64,000 nt of DNA from Octopus vulgaris (taxonomy: Eukaryota), in NCBI GenBank assembly GCA_951406725.2, contig OX597818.1, forward strand, positions 64,914,001-64,978,000, written 5' to 3'. Positions 11,881 through 25,774 of the stretch are shown piece by piece. The position numbers and the translations under genes were made by a program. Under the pieces are notes generated by a model. It ran no database searches. It was not told where the DNA came from and worked only from the letters and a program-made list of their open reading frames with translations. The stretch's first letter is position 1. Each line of letters opens with the position of its first letter.

Positions 11881-14800
11881 CTTACAGTCTACTTTAATTC
11901 CATAATTACTTTAATTTCCATAAGATATTAATTACAGCGTGATTGTTAAAACTAATCCTAAACGAGAAGTATTTTTGAAAGTCATAAATTATAAACAAAT
12001 TCAAAGGCACAAAAATTGGTTTTATAATTCTCAGTGTTTTCGCCATTTTCATCAATGGAATGTCGCAAGTTCCCATTTGTGTAATTGTCAGCCGCCTCCA
12101 CTAATTTTCCCATTCCCAATCGTTAATTAATCACATTTTATCTAATAACATTTACACTTGGAATAAAACCATGCTACCACAAATCGTTTACACCAACGCA
12201 TTAGAAAATTTATTAAGAACAGATAACAACTTTTGAACATATTACAAACCATAATCTTAATCCTGACATACAAACAAAATATATTCATCTTGTTTTTCAT
12301 CTGTTGACTCCATGGCCGGCTCCAAGATTTTTATGGAATTTGCGAAAAGTGTTATGACTAACATTGCATTCTTAGAAACTTTATAAGATAATAGTGTGAT
12401 GCGATATCTCCAACCCACTAGAATTCTGTTCCAGAGGGGCACCAAAATAATAGTTATAACAGGATATAATTTATTTCCAAACCTTTTCTAAGCATTTAGT
12501 AAAGTTACTCCGTCATATTTTTGCTGATACCGTTCCAAGCAAGCGTTACCAATTGAGGTTCGATGTTACTGAGAAACCTTCCGAGATACAAGTAAAAACA
12601 TTAAGGATGGATTCCTTTGCAAGGAAAAACTTGAAACAACATGAGATAACATTTGTTTGGTTCAAATTGGAAATGGAAAATGATCAAGAATGATTCACTC
12701 GTTCATTGATCTATTGGAATTTTTGATCATCACGGCAAGAAAATCTTTTTCGTTTTCGGCTGATTTTCTCTAGATTACATTTAATCTCATGCTGTTTTTT
12801 TTATGTTTTGTTTATTTCTTTAGTGAATTCAGAGATTACAACGTTCAAATGAGAAGATTTATGTTCATAATTCTCGTAGAGTGTTTTGAACGGTCGCAAA
12901 AGCTCCTCTAAATTATTCTATTTTACATATCACATGACAAAAATATAGCCAAACTAATCCATCAATATTTTATACATTCTCCGTCATTGTATATTACCAG
13001 AACATATGAACATCCTACATTTACTTCACATAATTCCGTGTAAATTTCTGCCATGCAACTTAGGCGCGTATTACCTTTGTCTGAAAATGTACTATTCTGT
13101 ATTGGAATAGCTGGACTTCGTCTAACTTGAATAATTCAAAGAGAACTTTGAATGACATTATGCATTGAAGTTTGTTTCATTTGCTAAGCCATAGTTGGTA
13201 ACTATTTTCTATTTATATTGGCATTCATATTGTTTGCAAATAATCTCACCTTTGACTAAATTTCTGTGTATTCTGGTGGGAATTTCTTTCTATTCATTCA
13301 CATAAAGACTCTGCCTGGTAAATTTAATCGTTTATCGGAGACATATCACAAACATGTTGCTGGCATATAACGCAAAGTAATTTTATTTCATCTGAAATGC
13401 AAAAGTTCCACTTGTCTGGAATCAGATTTCCATAACGCATGGCAAGAATAATGCTCTGACTACAAATTCTGTTTGCTGATAACAAAGTGTTGAAATAGTC
13501 AGTGAGCTCGGCAATCGAGTTCAATAATATAGTCCCATCGTAAAATATTTATCGGTGAATAGACACTTACACGTCGTCATTTCCTTTCGAAATACATATT
13601 CAAATAGACAGAATTTCTCTTACATAACCGAGAGAGCAGCATTAGGCTCATCCTCGCATATTGAGGAAAATGTTATTCTTATCATCGCCTGTAACAGAAC
13701 ATTATTATCAAAATAATGAGATCTCATCTCCCTTGGTCGATTTTGTTTAATTACTTATACTTTCCACGTTCAAATGAAACTTATTTTGCTGTGTTGTTTC
13801 CACCTCGAGTAACAAAACATGTTTCGAAACTAAATCTTCAATCTGTAACTTTTGAATCAGATATGACAATTTATTCTCTATGAATTTTTTTTTTCTTTAT
13901 CCGAATGAATCCAGAAACCAGTTTCTCTGGGGACTTTAGCACCGCTGTAAACAAATACGTGCTTTATTGTGCAACAAAAACGTGTGCGTTTCACACATAT
14001 GTAAATAAAATCCTTTATTGAAGAAAAGCTTTCAACTACACTTTTGCAGCAACCAATCTTATAAATAAACTCTGTTTCCTTTTGTTACGACACTGATTTC
14101 ACAAGATGACATTCGATGATAAGGTATTTACATAGGTCCTCATGTATATGAGAGTGTTTGTTAGATTATTTTCCCAGAAAAATGTTTTTCCAAATCAGAA
14201 TTGTTAATAACTGTCTTGGAATAAAAAGATTCACTTCTCGATTTACTTTTTCCCTCTAAAACCACTCGCGGCAAATAGTATTCCTTTAAATTATTCACAT
14301 TAACTTTACCAGAATCAGGAAAACACAAAATATGTTCTTTCTTTTCTTAATAGCTTCTACTTGAGAAATAGCTGCTGCATTATTCGAACTCATTATAGAG
14401 ATATTTTCTATCATTGAACTTTTGCACAAAACCATAACCACGACGCTGCCAATCTCAATATATTCCTTGTCACTAAATTGCCCTAATGCACATTATGAAC
14501 GGCATTCGTAATATTCTCAAACAGGTGGGTGGAATAATTAATTTGTAGAATGTTTCTCGCCTTACAGAGAATTAAATTATTTCTTAATGACTTAAACGAC
14601 CTTTCGGCATCAGAAAATTTTTTTCCAATTATAATTATCAAAAATAATTTTATTATACCAAATAACACATTGACATTAGTAAATTATAATTCGATATTTC
14701 TTCACGTTTTAAGACATTATTTTCGATATTTCTGAAGAAATCACCAAAATCGTCATGACCATTACTAAGGCTTGTTTGTTTTTTAAAAAATTATATCGGA

Positions 14801-16424
14801 TACAATTTACAATAAATCATAATTCTTACTATAAATAATATAGCAGGATTTATAACCTGAGAGCAAGCGAAATTGTCTGATATGAACTTAGTATATACTA
14901 TAAACTTGATGCGGCCTTTCGCCCGATATTTATCGTAACTTACAATTTTGTTAATGTCTTGACGAAATATACTGAATGATGGCAGTGCTCTGATTAGTTG
15001 TTTAGTCAAATCTACTCATTTACATTAGGCTTTAAGTCCACTGCATTTTCAAATTATTAATTCGTATCCCTGGATTTCATATAAACATCGGATTGATATC
15101 TTCAAATAAATGAATTTTGGTCCTGGACTCCTCAAACCAAGACGACGTTTAAGACGTTAAAACATCAGCAATTTGGTGCCTTACAATTATTTCGTTATTT
15201 TATGGCCAAGATTACTTTGCAAGTTTTAATAAAAATGGAACTTATATGATCCATATTTCTAGGAAAGATCTGAATATCTATCGGTACGAAGACAGTTATG
15301 CGCAGCTGTTTTCCTTCTTCGAAATAATTATTCAAACATCAAATCTCTTCCACATTAAAAGGAAACACAATCTAGTCTCGGTCACGTGTACTTAGCCGCA
15401 TCATATTATTATGATAACGGAAGCAAACAACACTTTATTTATTGTTACGCATTCAACAGTTCAGAATATCTGAAAATGATGTCATTTCTAGACGTGATAC
15501 TGTTTCCAAACCCGTGTTTAATTACTCTTTGTGCTGCTGGCTGTTTGATTACAAATGAAATATTGGGTTATTTACATATATCATTCCTGCAATTCTCTCT
15601 CTATTATGTTATGTGTTTTAGAATTCCAAACATTCTGACGTTTACGATTGAAGTTAATGTTCTCCATGTAATTTGGCGATTTCCTACCCGAGGTATTCGC
15701 AACACTGCAAATATGGCTAAATGCCATCTTGTATAGAAAAGCACTTAGCATCAAATTCTTTATTTGTTCCCGACTTTAGTGATATAAAAATAATTATTTG
15801 TTGCCATCAGTGGGAGCGAGAGAGCATTATACATACCACTCGTGACCAACAAAACAACGAGAGAAATTTAATATTTAACTGAAGAAATATATCGTGGGTA
15901 AATATCTGCGTACAACAATTTTAAGTCAGTTTACCAGAGCATTTATCCAGTAAAGACAATGATATATTGGGCAATACATTATAATCTCACAAATTTCATC
16001 CATTTGAATATCTGATATATATATATATATTATATATATATATATAGCCCCCACTCTGACATCATCAACGTTTATAGATGAGAGTATTCAGTTTGTTTCA
16101 ACCAGTGGGGACTTTCTTGAACACACTAACTCAACTTTTATCACGTTTGGTTTCAGAGTTTTCACCACATTAAGAATAATTTTTATACACGAAGTAATGT
16201 AACCTGATAATTCCTTCCAGGAAAATATTCAGACTTGGGACTATTTAATCCACAAACAATAATACATCAAATGCGAAAATAAACCTACAAGAAATACGCG
16301 AAGAAGAAAAAAAAACAAAATCCCTTAACATGTATCACTTGAGAGAAGACCTTCGAAGATAATACTATCCTCCTGTTTGCACGTATGAATTTGCGTTTCA
16401 TTCTCTGCACATAGACTCAACTAT

Positions 16425-16578
16425 GTTTTTTTTCTCTCTGTGTATCTTTCTGTTGAAGAGCGTAGGCTCGAAACGTTAAAGACTTGTTTTATTTATATTT
16501 CCTGAGCGCCATACTAATACAATTGTTCGTTTGTTTTCCACCTGCCTTCGTCTTTTGTCTATTTTCATAAAGCTTCCC

Positions 16579-16580
<2 letters not shown>
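16425..16580 (+). mobile_element. Short Penelope-pLTR-like repeat with a hammerhead-like motif at 16445-16482
   Basis: UCUUU CUGUUGA A GAGC-GUAG-GCUC GAAA C GUU AAAGA. A near-identical reverse copy lies at 57507-57690 and a diverged one at 17100-17235. It abuts (TA)n. Confidence 0.7.
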
Positions 16581-16634
<54 letters not shown>

Positions 16635-16635
<1 letters not shown>

Positions 16636-16945
16636 AATTATAAACAAGGGCAAAAGAAAAGTTATTTCCATGCCAATATGCTGATAACAGACTTTAAATC
16701 GTCAATTTCCACATATTATTATACACTTACTAGAAATACACGTCGTGCCGAAATCGGGAAGCTAGTCAGCAGAATTTTATTTCTAAACAAATTTTAAGAG
16801 AAAATTATGTCGACTAGCTTCCCGATTTCGGCACGACGTGTATTTATAGTGAGTGTATAATAATACGTGGAAATTGACGACTTAAAGTCTGTTATCAGCA
16901 TATTGGCATGGAAGTAATTTTTCTTTTGCCCTTGTTTTATAATTT
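16635..16945. repeat. Long near-perfect inverted repeat (arms about 133 bp, 44-bp spacer)
   Basis: 16635-16767 is the reverse complement of 16812-16945 with few mismatches (acacgtcgtgccgaaatcgggaagctagtc / gactagcttcccgatttcggcacgacgtgt). Confidence 0.95.
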
Positions 16946-17238
16946 TAACCTTTAATGGTATTTTAATATGCTGCCATTTTTGATGAAATTTATTCTGAAA
17001 AGAATTTCATCCTATATTAATAGTATATATATATTTACATATGTGTGTGTATGCGTGTGTGTGTGTGTGTGTGTGTGTATGTCTGTCTGTTTGTCTGGAA
17101 TTTACAGAAAAACAAGAGACGAAGACCGGTCTATAAACAACAAGGAGGTGTATTAGTTTGACGCTCTAGTATTTTACGTTTCGAAACAACGTTCTCCAAC
17201 AGAAAGGAACACGAGGAAATAGAGAGAGAATAAGACAA

Positions 17239-17760
17239 TATATATATAAAACTGTAGTTGTGTGAGTGTCTGTCCCCTTCGATTTAGATTCCTAACTACT
17301 CCCACATTTTGCGGTGCAGTTTAACCAAATTCGGGTATCTTATAGTCGTGATACATATCGAGCGCGTCTGGGTATTAGCACCCATCTACGATGAGTCTAC
17401 GATTTTTAAAATAATTTAACATAATTTTTTATTCCATTTTAATGCATATTTTTTCGTGTGTCGATGGCGGCGGAGTTGGCGTCCATGGTCACACCTGCAT
17501 GTGTGTTGCTTCCACGCTTTCTTCCTTCCCTCGTGAAGCTGTGGGGAAGGGAGTGTAAGGAAATCAACGTCGTAAAGCGTTGTCAAGGAGACCAGCGTTC
17601 TTTTAGAACAACGACTTCATGGCTTGAAGACACCAAAATAACCATCATTTTTTATTCCATTTTTAATATATTTTTTTGCTATTTTTTGCTATAACTCACT
17701 AAAAATGCTTATATAGTTATTTCCCTTACAAATCCGAGGAACGCCGGGCGATACTGCTAG
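17239..17760 (+). mobile_element. Non-autonomous Helitron, first of a tandem pair
   Basis: Begins tatatataaaactgtagttgtg and ends ccgaggaacgccgggcgatactgCTAG. Confidence 0.8.
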
Positions 17761-18280
17761 TCTATATATAAAACTGTAGTTGTGTGAGTGTCTGTCTCCT
17801 ACGATTTAGATTCCTAACTACTCCTACATTTTGCGGTGCAGTTTAACCAAATTCGGATATCTTATAGTCGTGATTCATATGAATCCCGTCTGGGTATTAG
17901 CGCGCGTCTACGATGAGTCTACGATTTTAAAAATAATTTAACATCATTTATTTCCATTTTAACGCATATTTTTTCGTGTGTCGATGGCGGCGGAGTTGGC
18001 GTCCATGGTCACACCTGCACCTGTTTGCTTCTCCCCCTTCTTCCCTCCCTCGTGAAGCTGTGGGGAAGGGAGTGTAAGGAAGTCAACGTCGTAAAGCGTT
18101 GTCAAGGAGACCAGCGTTCTTTTAGAACAACGACTTCATGGCTTGAAGACACCAGAATTACCATCATTTATTATTCCATTTTTAATGCATTTTTTTGCTA
18201 TTTTTTTGCTATAACTCACTAAAAATGCTTATATAGTTATTTCCCTTACATACCCGAGCAACGCCGGGCGACACTGCTAG
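17761..18280 (+). mobile_element. Non-autonomous Helitron, second of a tandem pair
   Basis: Begins TCtatatataaaactgtag directly after the CTAG of the first copy and ends cccgagcaacgccgggcgacactgCTAG|t. Confidence 0.85.
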
Positions 18281-18533
18281 TATATATATATATATATAAA
18301 TATATATAAACACATGCACATGCGTATAACAGAGACATTTAGTGTGAGTGTGTGTATGTATTCATGTGTATGTATAATTTGTATAAGGTGGTTTACGGAT
18401 TTTATACATATCATTTATTTAGTGCTTTCGTTCCTTTCGGGTATCCGAATCTCTGGAAGGGACGAACTCGTTAAGTTAATAGCTTTTTATCCAATTCCTA
18501 GATTCAGCAACTGTGTTGACAGTATCTTGGAAG

Positions 18534-18623
18534 TTTGTTGTTGTTGTTGTTGTTGCTGTTATTATCATTATTATTATTAATAATAATAATATTAATAATA
18601 ATAATAATAATAACAACAACAAC

Positions 18624-18721
<98 letters not shown>

Positions 18722-18906
18722 TAATAATAATAATAATAACGATAACAATAATAACATCGGAAAATACCTTAGGAATGAGAACCGGGGTTAGAAATTTCCC
18801 CAAGACACCTGATGAAGGCTGGAGAGGGTTTATCAGCCGAAATGTTGTGATAACAACAAACAAGATGAGGACAAATATCCGTCGAATGTAAATAATGTCT
18901 GTAATG

Positions 18907-18989
<83 letters not shown>

Positions 18990-18997
18990 CATTATTA

Positions 18998-19044
<47 letters not shown>

Positions 19045-19051
19045 GTTGTTG

Positions 19052-19101
<50 letters not shown>

Positions 19102-19159
19102 GTTATTATTATTGTTATTATTATTATTATTATCATTATTATTATTATTACTGTTGTTG

Positions 19160-19209
<50 letters not shown>
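18534..19209. repeat. Compound (TTG)n/(AAT)n and (ATT)n microsatellites of opposite orientation around a 150-bp unique module
   Basis: Seen directly in the sequence. This is the source of the poly-I/L/N ORFs. Confidence 0.95.
18804..18851 (+). ncRNA. Minimal type I hammerhead ribozyme-like motif inside a repeat module of about 150 bp (18752-18900)
   Basis: GACAC CUGAUGA A GGCUG...CAGCC GAAA U GUU GUG. The module also occurs at 26830-26972 (-) and 51657-51790 (+). Confidence 0.7.
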
Positions 19210-19834
19210 GAGAAGAAGAAGAAAAAGAAGAATTTAATTTCCTAATTAACATACTTTCAAGTATATCAATATTTTCATTTTATCTGTTGTTGTTTTAAGT
19301 GATTATATTTTAAGATTCTAGTATTTCTTCAAGTACCTCAAGTATATAGATTGTAAAACAGCTGATGTTATGTATGTATTCATAGGTCAATGAACGCCTA
19401 TTCAAGTGTCTGAGAGGCTACATATACTAACACAGATAGTACAATCCTCGGGAAAACATTAAGCTATTTGTACATATGTATAAATCGAATACATATGTAT
19501 ATATTTACAAACATATGCAATAAGAATTGATGTTCTTAAATGTACACAAGCGCAAAGGTGTGTGTGTGTGTGTGTAGGAAAATTTCTTCCATGATATATC
19601 GTATTGGATATAAGCCATTTCGTTAGATGTTTCCTGCTATATACCCGGGGCAATCAAAGCATTCTTAGCGGATTTAGTCGAGAAGACTATATATTAGTTA
19701 TATGATCGTGTATATTTATACACATAAGGAATCCACACTTAGGGTGAAATTCAACACATTAGAGGACCACAAAAATAACAGATAAAATTCGACAGGGATA
19801 AAATTTGGAAATGAAAAATATTTACCATTTAATA

Positions 19835-19910
19835 CCCCGGACCAAATTGGTTTCTGATCTTCTTTTAGCAAGTCAGGGGAACTCAGAAGGTCTGATCTTC
19901 TTCGGCGAGG
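19835..19910 (-). ncRNA. Degenerate type I hammerhead-like motif
   Basis: CCUCG CCGAAGA AGAUC...GAUCA GAAA CCA-AUU-UG GUC CGGGG. Stems I and III pair, but the core has U4C and stem II closes with an A.A mismatch. Confidence 0.5.
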
Positions 19911-20118
19911 GCCAGCCTGGGGTTAAAACATATAAGACAAAAGACAACGACTGCTACCTGTCTACTGTTTATACGAAGTAACTTTTCAAATTTTTCTGCG
20001 CAATCGCAGTCCTATCGTTGGCTACAATAAACCGCCAACTTTAACCGAAAATTATCCAAAAAGTTATAAACAGTAGAGAGGGTGAGTTGTAATATATATA
20101 AGAAATTAAAACATGAAT

Positions 20119-20410
20119 TGTCGAACTGCCCCATCAGTGACCCTGAATTGTGCTAGAGGACCTATGTCGTATATGAGATCATCTGTGGCAAAGGTGGTGC
20201 ATCCTGCATCAGAAGCACGACGCGAAAACTGCATCTACGCATTAAGGAACACGTGCAGGCAGATATTTCCATGAAGAAACATGTACGGAAATGCGAAACC
20301 TGAAAATTCCCAATGCACATCAAGGCAACACATTGAAATATGGGCAATCTTAGAATCTCTGAGTCCATCCTCATAGACGAAGGGAAACTCAAGATCAAAA
20401 ATAGAAGGCT
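20119..20410 (+). pseudogene. Decayed GIY-YIG endonuclease domain of a Penelope-like element
   Basis: The plus frame reads NCPISDPELC*RTYVVYEIICGKGGASCIRSTTRKLHLRIKEH...LRISESILI, matching VVY.I.C..C.A.YIG.T.R.L..RI.EH, with in-frame stops. Confidence 0.8.
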
Positions 20411-20644
20411 GTTACAGGAGGCTAGCTGGTTGCTATAGCAGCACTCCTCTGCGAATATCCACTCCACACACGCTCTCACACACGCACGCATATCGGCAAC
20501 ATTGGTCAATTTCTTGAAAATGGGATATTAACACCGAAATATTGAATACAAAGTAACCCTACATCAATTCACATATTTGTTTTCATGTGATTTATCTTGC
20601 ATTTACTTCGCAATATTTTGGCCTTACCCACGATCTTTTCTGCA

Positions 20645-20709
<65 letters not shown>

Positions 20710-20754
20710 TGTCTGTCTGTCTGTGTACGAGTGTGTTTGTGTGTATGTATGCAG

Positions 20755-21115
20755 GTAGTGTAGACGCAATAGACCAGTGGTCGTAGGATCGCTGTTTCGA
20801 TTTCCAGATCGGGCGTTGTAATTGTTTATTGAGCGAAGACGCCTAAAGCTCCACGAGGCTCCGGCAGGAGGTTGTGGTGAACCCTGCTGTTCTTTTCATC
20901 ACATATCTCACTTACTATTTCTTCCTGTTTCTGTTTTACCGGTATTTCAAAGAACCAGCCTTGCTACACTCTGTGTCACACTGAATCTCGCCGAGAACTA
21001 CGCTAAGTGTACACTTTTCTGTGGTGTTGCTCATCCGCTTGCACCTTAATTTAAACGAACTGGCTGTTCCGTTGATCAGATCATTGGAACCCTCGTCGTC
21101 GTAAGCGACGGAGCA
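20755..21115 (+). mobile_element. Diverged SINE family B
   Basis: Collinear with 8702-9089 (gtttattgagcgaa, aaagctccacgag, ctctgtgtcac, cgtcgtaa). Confidence 0.85.
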
Positions 21116-23460
21116 CCCCGGTATATGGGGAAATGCCTATAATACTGTAACTCTCGTCAGAGGAATTCATTTAACAGGTAATCTTTGCACAAAACTGCTC
21201 GCCACTGGTCAATGCAAGGCAAAATCTGAGAGCAGGATGTGTGTTTATCATCACCGGAATCCATCTTTCACGGACACTAAGAACGTCATTTCTTGTACCC
21301 AAGTGGTACGCAATTGATTTGCTAAGGCGTTCAAAGCTCTCTGAAGCTGGAATTACAGTTGTCTTAAAATTGCTTTGAATTGTTTAATCACATCATTTTG
21401 ATTGATATGGTAGTGTATTACACGCCGAGTTCCTATATGGGGACAATATTAAGGACTTGACATGTTTTTCTATGTACATGGCATCTCCAGAGTAATTTCA
21501 TTATTTCGTCTCTCTCAGAAACGCAATCTACATTTTTGTGTGTATCTAAGCATCTACTGTTTTAGAGTTTTGTTTTTATCTCCGTTTTATGGTTGCAAAA
21601 TATCTTTCAGAAAAGGGTTTCTCTCCTGCGTTTGAGTTGTGGAAAATGGCACTTGTGCTTAATTATTAGTTTTGCAAATCTTTTTTCTAAGTTTCTGTTA
21701 TAACCAAAACAGTTTACTTGACCCACTTACGATACTTTTTGTGTTGCTGCTGCAGTTGGCACCAGAGCTGTATACTGCCTCCTGGCGTGTGCAGATCGTA
21801 TAATCTGTAACACCTTGAGGCTTTATTGCTGGTGCTCTCCTTCATGTAGATATCTTCAAGTGCATACATTCCTAAGCCCTTTTATTCAGTAGTTAAAAAT
21901 TAATAACTCGATTATGGGTCTTCTTGGTGCTAGGATGGGCAAAGCTGCAAAGTGTTTCCAATTTTCTATGGAAGTAAAGAACTTTCATGGAGACGCTTAA
22001 GGAAGACTGCGTTGTGATCGTTGCTTATATTTCTATTATCATCGTTTCCAACAGCATTTTTATGCTGATATTCTTTCCTTCTAGTCTTCTTTTCGCTGTG
22101 TATTTCTTGTCATTTGCACCTCCCTCACATGTTATTCCAATCTTGTCGCTGTTACAGTAACAACGTCTCTTCAGCTATTTCTATTAAAACCTCCAATATC
22201 CTTTGAGAGGTATGTCGGTCAATGTCATTTGTGATTCCTCGATATCGAATTTAGAGTTTCTCTTCCGATGAATTATGACTCCTTTTCTGCTCTTGCTTCA
22301 ATTTCATGCTTCCTGAATCTATGTAATAGGTTCATATATTGCGTCTCAAGGACAAAAACCAAAAGATTCGTTCTTTTTTCGCTTAACATGTTCTTAATCT
22401 ATAACAAACCAGATGTTTCTAATGCCTTTACAATTACGTTCTTCGTTTGAGCGTCCTCAGCTAATATCCATGACATTTTAATCAAAAGGTGTTTTTTTTC
22501 TGCCAGTTTTGATTACTGCCGAATATTGTGCTTTTTTTATTGTTTCCAGTTTAATAGACAAGCATCAGCTCATTCGACAAGAGATTGTTTACCTTAGAGG
22601 TAAAATACCTGGAACCTATAAGAATCTTGAACAAATAAATTCATGTACCATATCGGAAGTCCATTGTCTAATGATAATAATAATCTATCTGTCCTCCTGG
22701 TGCTACAAACTACAGTAGCATCCACCCTTACGGGTTAGCCACATTTCAGTGGCAAAAATACTTCACGATTTGTTGCAGCTACTGTTTATACCTCGCTCAG
22801 AGATTTAGTATGGCTCAATCATCTATCTATCTATCAATTTATAAATTCTTCGTATCCCTTCATGTTATTGTCATTTCACTTTACATGAGGTCAGCTTATA
22901 GAGTGCCTGTATACTATGATTGTCAATGTAACGTAACTAATCTTAAATCTATTCAGTCGTAATGCATAGGAAAGTACACTACACCATGTTATCCCCCGAG
23001 CCTTTGTGCTATTCAGTACAGATTAAATATATCTACACAATTAGCAGTGTACATGCTGTTTTTTCCAATCTCATGATCGTATAAACACCGCCAAAATCTC
23101 TTACTTGTCATTCTCCCTCTACAGATTCTCATGTTCCCTTAGGCAAATTTGTACTCACATATTTGGCTTGCTCTCTTTTTTTAATACTGGTGTAGGTATC
23201 TGTGTTGGACATACTAACAATAAAGGAAATTTCATGCTACATGAAGTTCATGACTTCAATTCTGCTATTGTAATTTTGAAACGACAGTGGACATGAAATC
23301 AGGACGTCAGATGAGGGACACTAAACCTGGTCTGGTTTCATTTGTAATACTTTTGATAAATGCCTGAGACTATTTTGAACGTATTACCTCTACAGCATCC
23401 CTTTTCTTTTAGGACTGGTCCTTTAGCGAGTTATATATCTAAAGCAACCTAAATACTACC

Positions 23461-23693
23461 TATTTCTTTACTACTCACAAGGGGCTTAACATAAAGGGGA
23501 CAAACAAGGACAGGCACACGGACGAAGTCGATTACATCGACCCCAGTGCGTAACTGGTACTTAATTTATCGACCCCGAAAGGATAAAAGGCAAAGTTCTC
23601 GGCGGAATTTGAACTCAGAACGTAACAGCAGGCGAAATGCCGCTAAGCATTTCGCCCGGTGTCCTAACGATTCTGCGAGCTCGCCGCCTAAAT
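23461..23693 (-). mobile_element. SINE family A
   Basis: Reverse complement of 8111-8345. A 12-bp TSD ctaaatactacc lies at 23449-23460 and 23694-23705. Confidence 0.9.
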
Positions 23694-23912
23694 CTAAATA
23701 CTACCCACTGCCAAGTTTATGATACTCGTTGGATCAAAGTCAGTTCATTACGTAGTTTACCATGGAACCAGTGAAGTTTTTACTGTTCTCGATTAGAGCT
23801 GACCTGATGGTATTGTCAGTGAAAACGTAAAAACTAATAGGAACACTGTCGCCGGATCCTGTTTAAAGCCATAAAGATTCAATAACATTGCAACGACGCT
23901 TATTGCATATAT

Positions 23913-24223
23913 CACCGTGATCACCGTGACCGACCAGGCTATCAGATGTTGCTACACATCGCTGGTCACAATGTGTTTCGCATTGTTTTAGCCTTTAAAT
24001 GACGCCACCCCGCTGGCTAAGCAAGCAGGCCAACAGAAGAAAGCGTGAGAGAAAATTGCGGCGAAAGAGTACAGCAGGGATTGCCACCACCCCCTGCCGG
24101 AGCCTCGTAGATCTGTAGGTGTTTTCGCTCAATAAACACTCACAATGCCTAGTCTAGGAATCGAAACCGTGATCCTATGACCGCGAGTCCGCTGCCCTAA
24201 CCACTGGGCCATTGCGCCTCCAC
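23913..24223 (-). mobile_element. tRNA-derived SINE with a family B head and a different tail
   Basis: 24060-24222 is the reverse complement of 8702-8870, while 23913-24050 is unrelated to the family B tail. Near-TSD tattgcatatat / tatttcatatat (11 of 12 identical). Confidence 0.8.
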
Positions 24224-24724
24224 TATTTCATATATAAAGAGATAAGATGCTGCATGATAAGTTCAGTACAGTAACAAATTTAGCCAATATGTCAAATTGA
24301 TTACCGTTTGTATATTCTGTTGTGTGATATTAAATTCAAGCAGGCTAGTATAATATGCTGAGTAAAATTCCAACCCTGAAAATATTTTCGAAATAAAATG
24401 AAATGCTGCACGCCATGTTGAGAGAAATGGACAAATGATTTTAGATAGACTTACGTGTCCCATGTGAAAGAAAAGCTGCTGTAATATTGCATAACACAAG
24501 TGTAGCTTAGGTGCGATTAAGCCATGTTCTCTTCAAATTCACCGATTGAAAAACTACATAGATATATTGATTTTAGTGCAACTTATTTCAAAATTGGTAG
24601 ATTCGGTTTTAGGTGATGTGTAATTACATATTATATTACTTTACGTTATACATAATTAATTTAGATATCAGGACTGGACAAGTCAATGAGTCCATTGATG
24701 TAACTGACCATCACACTAGTTGTA

Positions 24725-24775
<51 letters not shown>

Positions 24776-24960
24776 TATACATATAGGAATGTCAATGAAA
24801 AAATATCAAATGAAGAAAAGGTTATTATGGTTAATGTGACAGCGGGTGTCGATATAATCGTTACCACAATATTCGTTTTTCTTATGACTATAAAAAAAAA
24901 AAAAATGATTTCTTCTTCACTATCATATTCAAAACCATCATCAGTATCATCATCAACATT

Positions 24961-24997
<37 letters not shown>

Positions 24998-25715
24998 CCA
25001 TCATCATCAGTGGCAGCAGCAGCGTTACCACCTCTGATCGGGTTCGTTGTTATCAAACAGAACAACACGTAAGTTTGAAATTCTCGTTATTATGTTTTAG
25101 TTTGTTTTTATTTGTTTTGTTGTTGTTGTTGTTTTTTTTGCTAATACGTAAATGGCCTTAATTCTGTCTTGTATCAAAACTTAGAAATATTAAAAAAAAA
25201 AGAAAAATGAAAAAAGAAAAAAAAACAGAAAATTCTTTTTCAGTTTTCTGACATTTCTTTTCACCACAATCGCTCCTTATCACAATTTCATCAATAAGAA
25301 TCGATAAAAATTCAATGCATCGTATGAACAAAAGAAACAGAATAATTTTAGACTAAACGAAAACATAAAAACAAAATACTGTACATGAAAAACGAAATAT
25401 TTTTTTATGATCTTAGAAACGTTATGTGCTACATCAGATAACGAAATATGAAGATTGAAAACGAAATGGAACCAAAGATACAAATGCTAAATACTTCCTT
25501 TAACTTTGGTTAGATATCTGAGTCTGTATATGAATGTGGGTGTTTATATGCAGTCACATGCGTACTCACATCTATATTTAATACCTCACACGCACATGCA
25601 CATATATGTATACGGGCACACAGATATATATATACTTGTATATATATGTACATACATACACAGACACACATGTGTATCTATATCTGTATGTATATACGTG
25701 TGTGTGTTTGTGTGT

Positions 25716-25774
<59 letters not shown>

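Noticed and set aside
18476-19245. Long poly-I/L/N ORFs, and the many YIYI, CVCV and THTH ORFs across the window
   Set aside because: They are translations of microsatellites with no protein signal.
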